DNA of 64,000 nt, from positions 681,795 through 745,794 of the forward strand of contig CAZXMM010000001.1 of assembly GCA_964641255.1 (NCBI GenBank), in the 5' to 3' direction. Position 1 is the first letter of the stretch, and the number at the start of each line of letters is the position of its first letter. The position numbers were made by a program, and so were the translations under genes. Below, piece by piece: positions 29,121 to 38,237 of this stretch. The DNA comes from an uncultured Gammaproteobacteria bacterium. Lineage in GTDB: Bacteria > Patescibacteriota > Microgenomatia > JAMCZE01. The notes below the pieces were generated by a model. That model did not search any database and was not told the origin of the DNA. It saw only the letters and a program-made list of their open reading frames with translations.

Positions 29121-29900
29121 TTACGATTGAAGTGCCTTGTCAATCATCGGCTTGATCTGATCGAAAGGCAAAGCACCGGGAACGAGCTGGGTATCACCTT
29201 TGGCGTCAATAATAATCGTACCCGGCGTACCCGTTACCCCTTCTTCTGATCCTTTAGCCATCTGATCTTTAACTTTCTGTGCCATTTCGCCGGAGTCCAG
29301 ACATTGCTTAAACGATGACTCGTTTAGTCCCAACTCCTTCGCCAACGGTACTAGCTTGTCCAGCGCAAACCCTGTGCCATTCCCTGATGTACGGGAAAAT
29401 ATCGCGTCTGCATATTTCCAGAACGACTCGTTTCCACCAAGTTTGCCGGCACATTCAGCCGCTTCGGCTTCTTTTTGAGCGTTAGCATGGAAAGAAAGCG
29501 GATAATGACGATATACCCATTTTACTTTATCTCCATACTCTTTCATGACTTGTTGCATTGTGGGGTGAAACCTAATACAAAATGGGCATTCTAAATCAGA
29601 ATATTCCACCATTACGACTTTGGCATTTTTGTTACCCCGATACCAGTCAGCATTGGTTACTTCCGGTTTCTTGGCTGCAGCTTGGGGTTGGGGTGCGCCT
29701 GCAGCAGCCGGAGCACCGGCAGCCTGATTGGTACCTGTCGTGGTTGTTCCAGCCACCGCAGCGCCCTTTTCAAGATACTTAACTTTGGTATACAGAGATC
29801 CGATGACAAACGAGGCAACTATGAGGATAAGTACCAGAACAATATTAAAATTACCGGAAAGTACATTTTTTAGGGGAGATAAGTTTTTTTCTTCTGTCAT
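29121..29900 (-). CDS. Membrane-anchored DsbA-like thioredoxin
   Basis: CPFC active site, VTGTPGTIIID cis-Pro region, N-terminal TM, Ala/Pro linker. Confidence 0.65.
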   Translation of the reverse strand: MTEEKNLSPLKNVLSGNFNIVLVLILIVASFVIGSLYTKVKYLEKGAAVAGTTTTGTNQAAGAPAAAGAPQPQAAAKKPEVTNADWYRGNKNAKVVMVEYSDLECPFCIRFHPTMQQVMKEYGDKVKWVYRHYPLSFHANAQKEAEAAECAGKLGGNESFWKYADAIFSRTSGNGTGFALDKLVPLAKELGLNESSFKQCLDSGEMAQKVKDQMAKGSEEGVTGTPGTIIIDAKGDTQLVPGALPFDQIKPMIDKALQS

Positions 29901-29921
29901 AGTAAAAGTATAAACTAATAT

Positions 29922-29940
29922 TACTACAAAGTGTAGTAAA
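29922..29940. promoter_or_regulatory. BlaI-family operator dyad TTACTACA-AAG-TGTAGTAA
   Basis: Perfect 8+3+8 palindrome with TACA/TGTA core. Lies between blaR1-like (29956) and dsbA-like (29900). Confidence 0.45.
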
Positions 29941-29955
29941 GTGTTATACCAATTG

Positions 29956-30960
29956 TCAATAGGAAACTGAAGTGAATATCACGGGGCTATAGAGGCGGGA
30001 AGACTGCGGGGATAAATCTTTTGAAGAAGCGTTCTGCTGACACGCATTGGAACAACTACCTGAACTAAAACAGGCCATTACCGCATCCTGACCGGATTGA
30101 TGGTATTCGACAGCCTGAACCGGAGCCATAGCCAAACTGCCCAGGACCATTACGGATAACGCACTGATGATGACATTTTTAACTGAAAGGCGGGGTGTTA
30201 AAGAGGTTTTTTGAATGAGAGTGTTGATTCTGGTTTCCAGCGTGTGGGTATCGGCAAAACCTGGTGCAGTTACATAAGCGGGGTATATATCATGGCGCAG
30301 AAGTTTAACTAAAATAGATCTAAGATGATCTTTACCCTGCTCCATTGCCATGATTGCACTCTTATCTGCCTGTAATTCTCTATGAGTTTGGTAATGAGAA
30401 ATAAAATCAGTTAGTAAGGGGAAGAACGGAAAGAGAGATTCGGTAAAAACTGCAAAGAGCATCACCAAAGTATCATTGTTTTCCAGGTGATATTTTTCGT
30501 GCCGGAGCACCGCTTCTATCTCAGATGATGTGGCCAGTGAGATCATCTGTGTAGAGATATATATTTTAGGTTTAGAAATCCCGAAACAAAATGCACCCAT
30601 CCGTTTGTCTTTAATAACACAGACTTTATGTTGCAGATCGAGTTTATTAATTATCGGGAGAATGGCACGATTATCCGTTAGCTTTTGTTCCAGCTCTCTT
30701 CTTTGCTGAACTATCCGCCAGGCTGTCAGAAGAACTTTTATCACTATATATAAGGCCAGGGCAGCTAACCCCCACAGGGTAAATTGCTTCATATTTAACT
30801 GAATCGCTTGGGGTGAAACAGATTGAATAACCTGCCTGCAGTAATAAACCGTGTTATGGAGAAAAAAGGGGATGTATTTGGCGCAGGCATTGTATGAGAG
30901 CGTTGCGAGTACAAGAAAGATTCCGGCAAAGATCCATAAAAATTTATTTGTTTTTATCAT
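29956..30960 (-). CDS. BlaR1/MecR1-like M56 metalloprotease (sensor-transducer) lacking the C-terminal penicillin-binding domain
   Basis: 4 TM helices. HEKYH zinc motif. 334 aa with Cys-rich tail (CFSSGSCSNAC). Overlaps blaI-like by 17 nt. Confidence 0.7.
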   Translation of the reverse strand: MIKTNKFLWIFAGIFLVLATLSYNACAKYIPFFLHNTVYYCRQVIQSVSPQAIQLNMKQFTLWGLAALALYIVIKVLLTAWRIVQQRRELEQKLTDNRAILPIINKLDLQHKVCVIKDKRMGAFCFGISKPKIYISTQMISLATSSEIEAVLRHEKYHLENNDTLVMLFAVFTESLFPFFPLLTDFISHYQTHRELQADKSAIMAMEQGKDHLRSILVKLLRHDIYPAYVTAPGFADTHTLETRINTLIQKTSLTPRLSVKNVIISALSVMVLGSLAMAPVQAVEYHQSGQDAVMACFSSGSCSNACQQNASSKDLSPQSSRLYSPVIFTSVSY

Positions 30961-31324
30961 ATTCGTGTAAGAGCTTTAGGAAATACTCTTTCTTTTCCTT
31001 CGGTAAACGGTCAATAGACTGGGCAAATGAAGCAAGCGCCGCATCCCCGAACGTCCCGAAAAATCTGTCCAACAATGTTCTGGCCATTTTCCGGCTGAAT
31101 TCCTCTTTAGTCTGCTTTGGAACAAAAACAACGGTGAATGCAGAAGTATCTTTATTTACTAACCCCTTATCGTGCAACCGTTCTAAAATCGTGGCTATTG
31201 TCGTATAAGCAAGATTCTTTGTTTTGTTTGTCTCTTCCACCACTTCGCGGATGGTACATTTTCCCAATGCCCATACAACATCCATAACTTCCTGTTCGAG
31301 CTCGCTTAAGGTTTTAGTCTTCAT
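30944..31324 (-). CDS. BlaI/MecI/CopY-family winged-helix repressor
   Basis: LSELEQEVMDVVWALGKCTIREVVE...AYTTIATILERLHDKGLV. No C-terminal CxC metal motif, so not CopY-type. Confidence 0.8.
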   Translation of the reverse strand: MKTKTLSELEQEVMDVVWALGKCTIREVVEETNKTKNLAYTTIATILERLHDKGLVNKDTSAFTVVFVPKQTKEEFSRKMARTLLDRFFGTFGDAALASFAQSIDRLPKEKKEYFLKLLHEYDKNK

Positions 31325-31329
31325 AGCTA

Positions 31330-31342
31330 CTACAAATTGTAG
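31330..31342. promoter_or_regulatory. BlaI-family operator dyad CTACA-AAT-TGTAG immediately upstream of the blaI-like start
   Basis: Perfect palindrome 6 nt from the blaI ATG (31324). Same 15-mer as at 18082..18096. Confidence 0.5.
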
Positions 31343-31448
31343 ATAAATTGTTGATAAATTTCAATGCTTTGTAAATCACCACAAAGTTACAGAAACTTTA
31401 TTGAGAACTATTTTCCCCTTTACTAGACTGTAGCTATTAGGAAGTAAA

Positions 31449-31525
31449 GCCTAACGAAACAATCGGGGCTGTGACTTCTGGATATACGCATAATCGCGTG
31501 TGTTTAGAAGTTGCAGCCCTCTTTT
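31449..31525 (+). promoter_or_regulatory. Conserved phage leader element, copy 2
   Basis: GCCTAACGAAACAATCGGGGCT at 31449..31470 (20/22 identical to 9347..9368). CGGGGCTG pairs with CAGCCCT at 31514..31520, followed by CTTTT. AGAAGTTG block at 31506..31513 matches AGAAGTAG at 9388..9395. Lies 16 to 92 nt upstream of the first structural gene. Confidence 0.4.
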
Positions 31526-31540
31526 AGTTACTAAGAAGAA

Positions 31541-31939
31541 ATGAAAACACTTAATCAGAATATCCATCCGGCAACTCTCCTCCCCATTGGAGTAATTACT
31601 GAAACGACTCAAGGTTCAGCAGTTGATAGTTATCTCTCCGGCCGACCGGCTTATGACTCCGGTCTTATCGACGTCGCCATCGGGAACCTCGGCGATCAAA
31701 CCTCTACCAAAGTAAAGATTGAAGAATCAGATGCTTCCGATTTTTCTTCAGGAGTAACTTTGGCCAAAGGCGGAGAGGAAATCACTGTTGCGGCAGACAC
31801 CGGCTACAAGATGCAGATTGAACGGAAGAAAAGATATCTCCGGGCAGTTGTAACTATTACTGCGGGCTCCGCTCCATCTGCTGAAGCATATGTCGGAGCA
31901 TTACTGTGGGACGCGCAAAGACCGTTCCCAATTACTTAA
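31541..31939 (+). CDS. Hypothetical phage protein
   Basis: 132 aa, first ORF of the co-directional structural block. Confidence 0.4.
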   Translation: MKTLNQNIHPATLLPIGVITETTQGSAVDSYLSGRPAYDSGLIDVAIGNLGDQTSTKVKIEESDASDFSSGVTLAKGGEEITVAADTGYKMQIERKKRYLRAVVTITAGSAPSAEAYVGALLWDAQRPFPIT

Positions 31940-31948
31940 AGGAAAACT

Positions 31949-32275
31949 ATGGAACCAGATCAAAACAAACAACCAAAAGTACCAACACAGGATCCAAATC
32001 CTGCGGACAAAAAACCTGAAGCTGGTGCATCAGCTCAACCCAATGAAGCTCAAATGTGGGACAAGGTTGACTCCCTATTCACAGTCGCCCGTAACACATT
32101 TTTTCAGGGCAATTCCACCTTTGTAGAAGTGCTGGATAGCTTAATCGCTACCTTGCAGGACATGAAGGAAAACGAGGTACGCCCTCTTGGTGGGTTAACT
32201 CAGAAAAACAAAATGAAGTTAGAAGATCAGGAACAGCCGGAGAAAGAAGAAGAACCGGCTAATCCGAACTTATAA
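31949..32275 (+). CDS. Hypothetical phage protein
   Basis: 108 aa, 9-nt gap to the previous ORF. Confidence 0.4.
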   Translation: MEPDQNKQPKVPTQDPNPADKKPEAGASAQPNEAQMWDKVDSLFTVARNTFFQGNSTFVEVLDSLIATLQDMKENEVRPLGGLTQKNKMKLEDQEQPEKEEEPANPNL

Positions 32276-32279
32276 AACT

Positions 32280-32534
32280 ATGGCAAGCAGTATTGACGAA
32301 AAACTTGATCAAGGCCGGGCAGTTTGGGAAATGACCCAAACTGAAGGATGGCAAATCATCAAAGGCCTAATCGACCAGGAGTTAGAAATTGAAAGCAAAG
32401 ACTTACTCGACTGCCCTATAGAAGAAGATCTTGAGCATAAACAAATGATCAAGGCTTACAGAAAAGTTTTGAGCATGGTCGACAGCGTTATTAAAGAGCG
32501 CGACGAAACTGCTCAGGATTTACGAAAGGAATAA
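32280..32534 (+). CDS. Hypothetical phage protein
   Basis: 84 aa, tightly packed. Confidence 0.4.
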   Translation: MASSIDEKLDQGRAVWEMTQTEGWQIIKGLIDQELEIESKDLLDCPIEEDLEHKQMIKAYRKVLSMVDSVIKERDETAQDLRKE

Positions 32535-32538
32535 ACAT

Positions 32539-33411
32539 ATGGACGAAGAACTACTGAAACAAAAAGAGCAGGAAGAATTACGAGCCCTTCTTGATGCACC
32601 GGATGAGGAGGAGTCTTCTGATGCCAATAAAGACACGACTCAGCCGACTGAAGATATCGATAAAGATAAGGACAAAAAACCGGAACCTGGCAAAGACGAG
32701 AAACCTAACACCGAAAATGCTGAGGATGAGTCAGGTAAAGATGCTAAAGACAAAGATAAGGATAAAGATAATAAAGACCGCTGGAATGGCAAAAGCCGTG
32801 AAGAAGTAATTAAAGAATACGAAACTTTGGAGAGTCGTGTCGCTGCACTGGAAAACAAAGACCCTGACAAAAAAGATCAGCTGGAAGATGGCAAGACCAA
32901 AGACAAAGAGGAAGAAAACTTAAATCTTCCTTCAGCAGATGAACTTCAGAAAATGACTCCTTCTGATTTTGCTAAATGGGTTATTTCCCGAATTGACGAT
33001 GGTGTCAAAAAAACCATTGAGACTCAGGAAAAGATCCGTGAGTCAGTTCGCAAAGAAATTGCAGAAGCCAAAAAAGATCATCCGTTGCAGGATCCTGATT
33101 ATCGCAAGATGGTGCAAACCATCATGGATGCTGCCAGTGCTAAAGGAACCACGATTTCTCTAAAAGAAGCATGTGTCCAAGTAGATGCTTTCCTCGGCAA
33201 GCATAAAGCCAAAGACACAGTCGAGAACAACGATGGATCTGAGGAATTATCAGATGAAGAAAAGAGCAGGCTCAAAAAAGCCAAAGCTCAAGTTGAGAGT
33301 GGAGCGGGCGCTCCGACTCAACCCGACGGCTCGGATGCCGAAACAAAACGCATCCAGAAAGCCCTCGCCGGAAGCGGGTCAAAAAGCCCCTTAGGAGGGT
33401 TAGGAATCTAA
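32539..33411 (+). CDS. Scaffolding-like protein (acidic, K/D/E-rich, coiled-coil)
   Basis: 290 aa, low-complexity KDKDK stretch, immediately precedes the capsid gene as in T7 gp9/gp10. Confidence 0.45.
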   Translation: MDEELLKQKEQEELRALLDAPDEEESSDANKDTTQPTEDIDKDKDKKPEPGKDEKPNTENAEDESGKDAKDKDKDKDNKDRWNGKSREEVIKEYETLESRVAALENKDPDKKDQLEDGKTKDKEEENLNLPSADELQKMTPSDFAKWVISRIDDGVKKTIETQEKIRESVRKEIAEAKKDHPLQDPDYRKMVQTIMDAASAKGTTISLKEACVQVDAFLGKHKAKDTVENNDGSEELSDEEKSRLKKAKAQVESGAGAPTQPDGSDAETKRIQKALAGSGSKSPLGGLGI

Positions 33412-33450
33412 CTCCCTACGTTATTAAAAGAAGGGAGGTGAAAAAAATAT

Positions 33451-34620
33451 ATGCCAGCATCAGCAACAGGAATCAGAGGTTCAGGTAATCTAGGGGCAAC
33501 CCGAAAGTATGACGTCGCAGACGTTGTATCGCTATTGGATGTCAACCGATATCCATTGATGGCGATATTAACAAACGCTGGTAAAGACCCAGCAACCGGC
33601 GAGGGCGAAGCACTTAAAAAGAAAGAGTCTACTGACCCGGAATTTAAATGGTTTGAAGATGAGTTTGGAAAGCGACAGCTTACCGGCTCAAGCACTGTCG
33701 ATCCTGATGGCGGTAACTTAACTGTCACAGGGCAATCGCAGTATCTTCAAGTCGGCGACATCATCTTGGTGTCCTCACAGAAGTGGGTCTTTCAGGTAAC
33801 CGCTATCGTAGACGCAAACACAGTAACAGTTGGTCCCGAACTCGGCGGTGCAACGGGCTCGGCTGCGTCAGCAGTCGGAGACGTCTGGCTCATTGGTAAC
33901 GCCAATGAGGAAGGTGCAGGTTTGCGAGATATCAAATCGACCACCATTGCCGAAGTGTCCAACTACTGTCAGATTTTCAGAACTCCAGTCGGTATCACTG
34001 AAACTGCCCGAAATACTCAAGGATGGGTGAAAGAAAATGACTTTGATTACCAGAGGCGCAAAAAAGGTATTGAGCACTATGTTGATATCGAGCGCACATT
34101 TATCTTTGGTAAGAAAGGAATCATCACTTCCGGAACTCACCCCAAGAGGTTTACAAGCGGAATTCTAGGAAGGATTGCTACTTACGCAACTGCCAACGTT
34201 GACACCGAGTCTGAGTTTGACTCATGGCTTGAAAGTCTCTTTGCGCACGGCAACACAGAAAAGTATCTCTTCGCTTCAGCTTCGGTCGTTTCGATGATCA
34301 ATGGCTGGGCAAAAGGGAAACTCCAGGTAGTCAATCCAACTAAAGCCTACGGGTTAAGAATCGTTACTTACGACTCTCCACACGGCACTCTGCACATCAT
34401 CAAGCATCCACTATTAATTGGAACAACCTATGGTAACTACGCCATCGGTTTAGATATGGAAGCTTTGACATACCGCTATCTGACCAATCGTGACACCAAG
34501 CTTTTGACTAACCGTCAAAATCCAGGTGAAGACAGTCAGGTTGATGAGTATCTAACCGAGTGTGGATTACAGATGGAACAAGAGCAACGCCACGCCATCA
34601 TGAGTATCGGCTCGCTCTAA
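33451..34620 (+). CDS. Major capsid protein (putative)
   Basis: 389 aa, strong RBS AAGGGAGGTG, position after scaffold-like gene, followed by a hairpin cluster. Confidence 0.5.
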   Translation: MPASATGIRGSGNLGATRKYDVADVVSLLDVNRYPLMAILTNAGKDPATGEGEALKKKESTDPEFKWFEDEFGKRQLTGSSTVDPDGGNLTVTGQSQYLQVGDIILVSSQKWVFQVTAIVDANTVTVGPELGGATGSAASAVGDVWLIGNANEEGAGLRDIKSTTIAEVSNYCQIFRTPVGITETARNTQGWVKENDFDYQRRKKGIEHYVDIERTFIFGKKGIITSGTHPKRFTSGILGRIATYATANVDTESEFDSWLESLFAHGNTEKYLFASASVVSMINGWAKGKLQVVNPTKAYGLRIVTYDSPHGTLHIIKHPLLIGTTYGNYAIGLDMEALTYRYLTNRDTKLLTNRQNPGEDSQVDEYLTECGLQMEQEQRHAIMSIGSL

Positions 34621-34672
34621 ACCGGAGTGCATTACTGAAACCTATGACTAACAAAGCAAAACAACGAAAGTC

Positions 34673-34748
34673 ACTACACACTTTCTTACTCAGTGTAGTC
34701 GCCTAGGAAGGGGTGAGCGTTATCACCCCTTCAACCCAATCTGGGGTT
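34673..34748 (+). terminator. Cluster of three stem-loops downstream of the capsid gene
   Basis: ACTACAC/GTGTAGT (7 bp, 13-nt loop), AGGGGTGA/TCACCCCT (8 bp, 6-nt loop), AACCC/GGGTT. No strong U-tract. Confidence 0.3.
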
Positions 34749-34774
34749 GTTAATCAGATAAAAAAGAAAGCGAG

Positions 34775-35395
34775 GTGAAAAACATGACAGACGAAAGAAT
34801 TACAAAATCAGTAGACGAAATGTCAATGGCAGAGCTTTGGAGTGTTGCCAAGCTACTCGGCATTTCAAAAGACGGCAAGCGGGATGAACTGATTGCCCGA
34901 ATCAAAGAAGCACAGGAACAGCAAGGAAACGCTGGTTCAGAACCAACGCAGCCTGAACAGCCCAAAGCAACTAAGAAACAAGTCACGAAAGAGGCAGTCT
35001 ATATCTCCCGTTATTACGAGCTTAAGTTGGTAATGGCTTCCTCCTATCTGAAAGAGGTTGGTGGCAAGGTGTTAATCATCCGAGGTTCATATATTCAATT
35101 CCATGACGGTGTGTACAAAACGGCAAATCCTGAAGAAATCGAGTATCTCGACAACCATCCAAACTTCGGTAGCGTCTTTAGAAAAGTTGAGACTTCCGAC
35201 TTAAAAGGAGGTAAAAGTGTCGACCAAATCTATCAGGATAAATTCAAAACTCTTGAAGAACGCGAAAAAGAAATTGAGGCCCGAGAAGCAACACTTCGCA
35301 AGAAAGAAATTGAGCTGAACGGATCAGCAGAAGGAGCTACCCAGCCAAAAGCAACAACAGGAATTAGAAGTACGGCCGACCAGCCGAAGTTTTAG
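34775..35395 (+). CDS. Hypothetical virion protein with N-terminal SAP/Rho-N-like motif
   Basis: MSMAELWSVAKLLGISKDGKRDELIARIKEA resembles a Rho_N/SAP helix-extension-helix. RBS AGCGAGGTG. Confidence 0.4.
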   Translation: MKNMTDERITKSVDEMSMAELWSVAKLLGISKDGKRDELIARIKEAQEQQGNAGSEPTQPEQPKATKKQVTKEAVYISRYYELKLVMASSYLKEVGGKVLIIRGSYIQFHDGVYKTANPEEIEYLDNHPNFGSVFRKVETSDLKGGKSVDQIYQDKFKTLEEREKEIEAREATLRKKEIELNGSAEGATQPKATTGIRSTADQPKF

Positions 35396-35403
35396 AAAAC
35401 CAT

Positions 35404-35700
35404 ATGTCCAGCAATAGCAGACCGACATTTACCACGGCCCAGGTGACTATAACCAACGCCGACACCTGGTATCCGCTACCGGATATCAAAGTCGGTGAAG
35501 GTTGTGAAGTGGTTATTAAAAGTAAGGTTTCAAATACAGCAGCTATTAAGGTGGCTCACGACGATACTGACAGTAAGAATGCACCGTTGATGCTGGATAA
35601 CCCTGGTGACAGTGTTTCCCTGCGTATAAAAAACACGGCACAGATTGTAGTTAGTTCAGTAACTACCGGACAGGTTGTTGAAGTTATTACTGAGTTGTAA
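35404..35700 (+). CDS. Hypothetical phage protein
   Basis: 98 aa. Confidence 0.35.
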   Translation: MSSNSRPTFTTAQVTITNADTWYPLPDIKVGEGCEVVIKSKVSNTAAIKVAHDDTDSKNAPLMLDNPGDSVSLRIKNTAQIVVSSVTTGQVVEVITEL

Positions 35701-35705
35701 ATATA

Positions 35706-36292
35706 TGGCTAAATTCAAACCATCACAAGCGAATATCAAAAGAATGTTTACGAAGCTGAGAATTATCGTTAACACTGATGATGGCGAGGAAGACTATGAT
35801 ACAACCTGGTATCCGAACGGATTTGCCAGTAACCAGATATCAATCGGCCATGACGGCACGGGAAGCAATGATGCCGGATTAAGATTTTTACGACCACTTC
35901 TCCCTAATAACATCAAGATTACGAAGGCCATCCTGCGGGTAAAGTCTGCCGTCAACTCCACAAAACGTCCCGTCTGGGTAATAAAGGGTATTAAGCAACC
36001 CAGCACTCTGAGTTTTGACTCAACCCATAGACCCTCCCAGCAGCCAAAGACGACAGCTACTGTTGCCTGGGTGCCGGGAGCCGATTGGGTACTTAATACC
36101 TGGTATGAAAGCCCTGACATAAAATCAATCATTCAGGAAATTATCGACCAAACAGAGTTCACCAATAAAGCGATTGGCATAGCGATTGAAGACAATGCCA
36201 GCCCATCCAATAACTATGAAAACATCTGGGACTTTAACAGTGGTGCTGCAAATGCTCCACAACTCATATTAACTATAGAACCGGATTTATAA
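35706..36292 (+). CDS. Hypothetical virion protein carrying one copy of a repeat domain shared with the 36541 gene
   Basis: Start set at ATG 35706 (MAKFKPSQ). The DDGEEDYDTTWYPNGFASNQISIGHDGTGSNDAGLRF domain recurs twice in the next large ORF. Confidence 0.4.
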
Positions 36293-36296
36293 GGAG

Positions 36297-36617
36297 GTGA
36301 AAACTATGCAAGAAAGCGATGTAGCACTACTAGAACAAATCATAAAAGCCATAGTCGCAAAGCCAGAGAAAGTTGTTATCGAAAGAAAAGTAGACGAAAT
36401 GGGAGTCCTGTTATCAGTTCGACTAGATGACAAAGACGCGGGTGCATTAATCGGCAGAGGCGGAGAAACCATAGCAGCAATTCGAAGAATTATGAAGCTC
36501 GTAGGGGTCAAAGCCAATGCCCGAATAAACATCAAGTTAGATGTTCCGCGCAGAAGCAAAAACGACTATGAAAAACCAAGTATTGAAGATCAAAGTAACA
36601 ATCCAAGAGAACTCTGA
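36297..36617 (+). CDS. KH-domain RNA-binding protein (UPF0109/YlqC-like)
   Basis: 106 aa. GXXG loop in DAGALIGRGGETIAAIRRI. RBS AAGGAGGTG. Confidence 0.6.
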   Translation: MKTMQESDVALLEQIIKAIVAKPEKVVIERKVDEMGVLLSVRLDDKDAGALIGRGGETIAAIRRIMKLVGVKANARINIKLDVPRRSKNDYEKPSIEDQSNNPREL

Positions 36618-38232
36618 TGATGGCAGAGAAGCTGGGTCTTCGACTTGGAATAAAGATGGTAATGCGTCAAACGTTATAACTTTGGGAAACTTCACCGGCG
36701 CTCAAACCGGTGCATTGCGATTTCGTGCTATCGATATTCCAAAGTTTTCAAAAGTTCTCCTGGCCAGGCTTCGTCTTCGCCCTGCAATCACCGATGAAAC
36801 TGACTTTACAGTTAACCTGAAGATTAAGGGAATTAAAGAACCAGACCCTGCCCCATTCAAACCAAACGGCTCAAATCGTCCATCCACTAGAACCAAAACA
36901 ATCAACGCAGTCGATTGGGACATTATCAGAAAATGGAACGTCCACGAATGGGTTCAAACACCAAACTTGAATCTAATCGTGGAAGAACTCATTTCTCAAA
37001 GTGGCTGGAAGCCAGGTAATTCATTAGCCTTTGTCATTGAGGATGATGGTAGCCCAGCCGATCAATCAAAAACCTGTTATGACTCCAGCAAAGGTGAAGG
37101 TTACCAGGCAGAACTTGAAATCTATTATCTACCTCAAGGACTACATGAACAAATCACGATCGGATTAATCCAAGGCAACGATCGGGATGGTGAAGAAGAT
37201 TATAAAAGCACTTGGTATCCCGGTGGTTTTCAGAACAACATGACCACCTTTGGAGATGACGGCAGTCTGGATCCAGAGCAGTCACCTAACGATGCCGGTT
37301 TTATTTTCAGTCCGATCGCCATTCCCAAAAGAGCCGAAATCATCTCAGCAAAGATATTAGTAACTAGCCCTTTCCAAAACAACGGCATGCCGAATGTTTT
37401 GATTAAGGGACTAGCTGAAGATGATGCTGCAGTCTTTGCCTCCAATGGATCAAATCGTCCTTCGCTACGCAATAAGACGAACGCAAAGGTTCAGTGGAAC
37501 TTAGGACATGCCGAAGCAGGTGTGCTTATAGGAGATCACTGGACTGCAGAAAGTGCCTACGAATCACCAGAGCTCAAAGATATTATTCAAGAAATTGTTG
37601 ACCGCCCAGGTTGGGCAGAAAGCAAGCTTGGACTTGTGCTGGAGAACTATAACTCCGGACACGGAAACACAAAATACATTTGGGACTATAACCAAGATTC
37701 AGGTAAATACGCTCCCCGACTACTTATAGCCTGGACAAGAGAACGCAGAGTAACTAACAGGGATAAAGACACGGAAGTCTTCAACAAAGCCAACTATCCA
37801 GAGTTTATTATCGTCCACCATTCAGCCACTCCCCGGGATAACACCCGTTTTGAAACCATCAAGAAGGCACATATCGGCTTTGGTTGGGATGATATCGGGT
37901 ACCACAAATGGATAGCCGGAGCACTAGATGGAGATGGGATACTTATCTTAGGCCGACCAGACAACGTCATAGGAGCTCACACTGACAGCAACAAGATGAA
38001 CTATCGCTCCCTAGGAGTTGTTCTCTGCGGCAGCTTTCATAACAGCGAGACTCCGACATCAGCCCAATTAACCACCCTTCAGAAAGTTCTCGATGACCTG
38101 CGTCAGGAAAGAAGCATTCCCAAAGAACGTGTCTTTGGTCATGGGGAAGTTCCTGAATCAGCAACAGACTGTCCGGGTAACGCCATCTTGCCTTATGTCC
38201 AGAGATATAGAGCAACAGGGAGTTTGCAATAA
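36541..38232 (+). CDS. Virion-associated peptidoglycan hydrolase: two N-terminal repeat domains plus C-terminal N-acetylmuramoyl-L-alanine amidase (Amidase_2/PGRP)
   Basis: C-terminal FIIVHHSATPRDN...GWDDIGYHKWI...ATDCPG are PGRP motifs. N-terminal DGREAGSSTWNKDGNASNV and DRDGEEDYKSTWYPGGFQNN repeats. True start may be ATG 36568. Confidence 0.65.
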   Translation: MFRAEAKTTMKNQVLKIKVTIQENSDDGREAGSSTWNKDGNASNVITLGNFTGAQTGALRFRAIDIPKFSKVLLARLRLRPAITDETDFTVNLKIKGIKEPDPAPFKPNGSNRPSTRTKTINAVDWDIIRKWNVHEWVQTPNLNLIVEELISQSGWKPGNSLAFVIEDDGSPADQSKTCYDSSKGEGYQAELEIYYLPQGLHEQITIGLIQGNDRDGEEDYKSTWYPGGFQNNMTTFGDDGSLDPEQSPNDAGFIFSPIAIPKRAEIISAKILVTSPFQNNGMPNVLIKGLAEDDAAVFASNGSNRPSLRNKTNAKVQWNLGHAEAGVLIGDHWTAESAYESPELKDIIQEIVDRPGWAESKLGLVLENYNSGHGNTKYIWDYNQDSGKYAPRLLIAWTRERRVTNRDKDTEVFNKANYPEFIIVHHSATPRDNTRFETIKKAHIGFGWDDIGYHKWIAGALDGDGILILGRPDNVIGAHTDSNKMNYRSLGVVLCGSFHNSETPTSAQLTTLQKVLDDLRQERSIPKERVFGHGEVPESATDCPGNAILPYVQRYRATGSLQ

Positions 38233-38237
38233 AACAT

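Noticed and set aside
30944-31324. CopY (copper-sensing) assignment for the BlaI-family repressor
   Set aside because: The C-terminus lacks the CxCxxxxCxC metal-binding motif of CopY. Called generic BlaI/MecI family instead.
32600-32800. Short KD/KDK-coding repeats that could look like a repeat array
   Set aside because: Low-complexity coding for the acidic/lysine-rich scaffold-like protein. No spacer-repeat periodicity, so not CRISPR.
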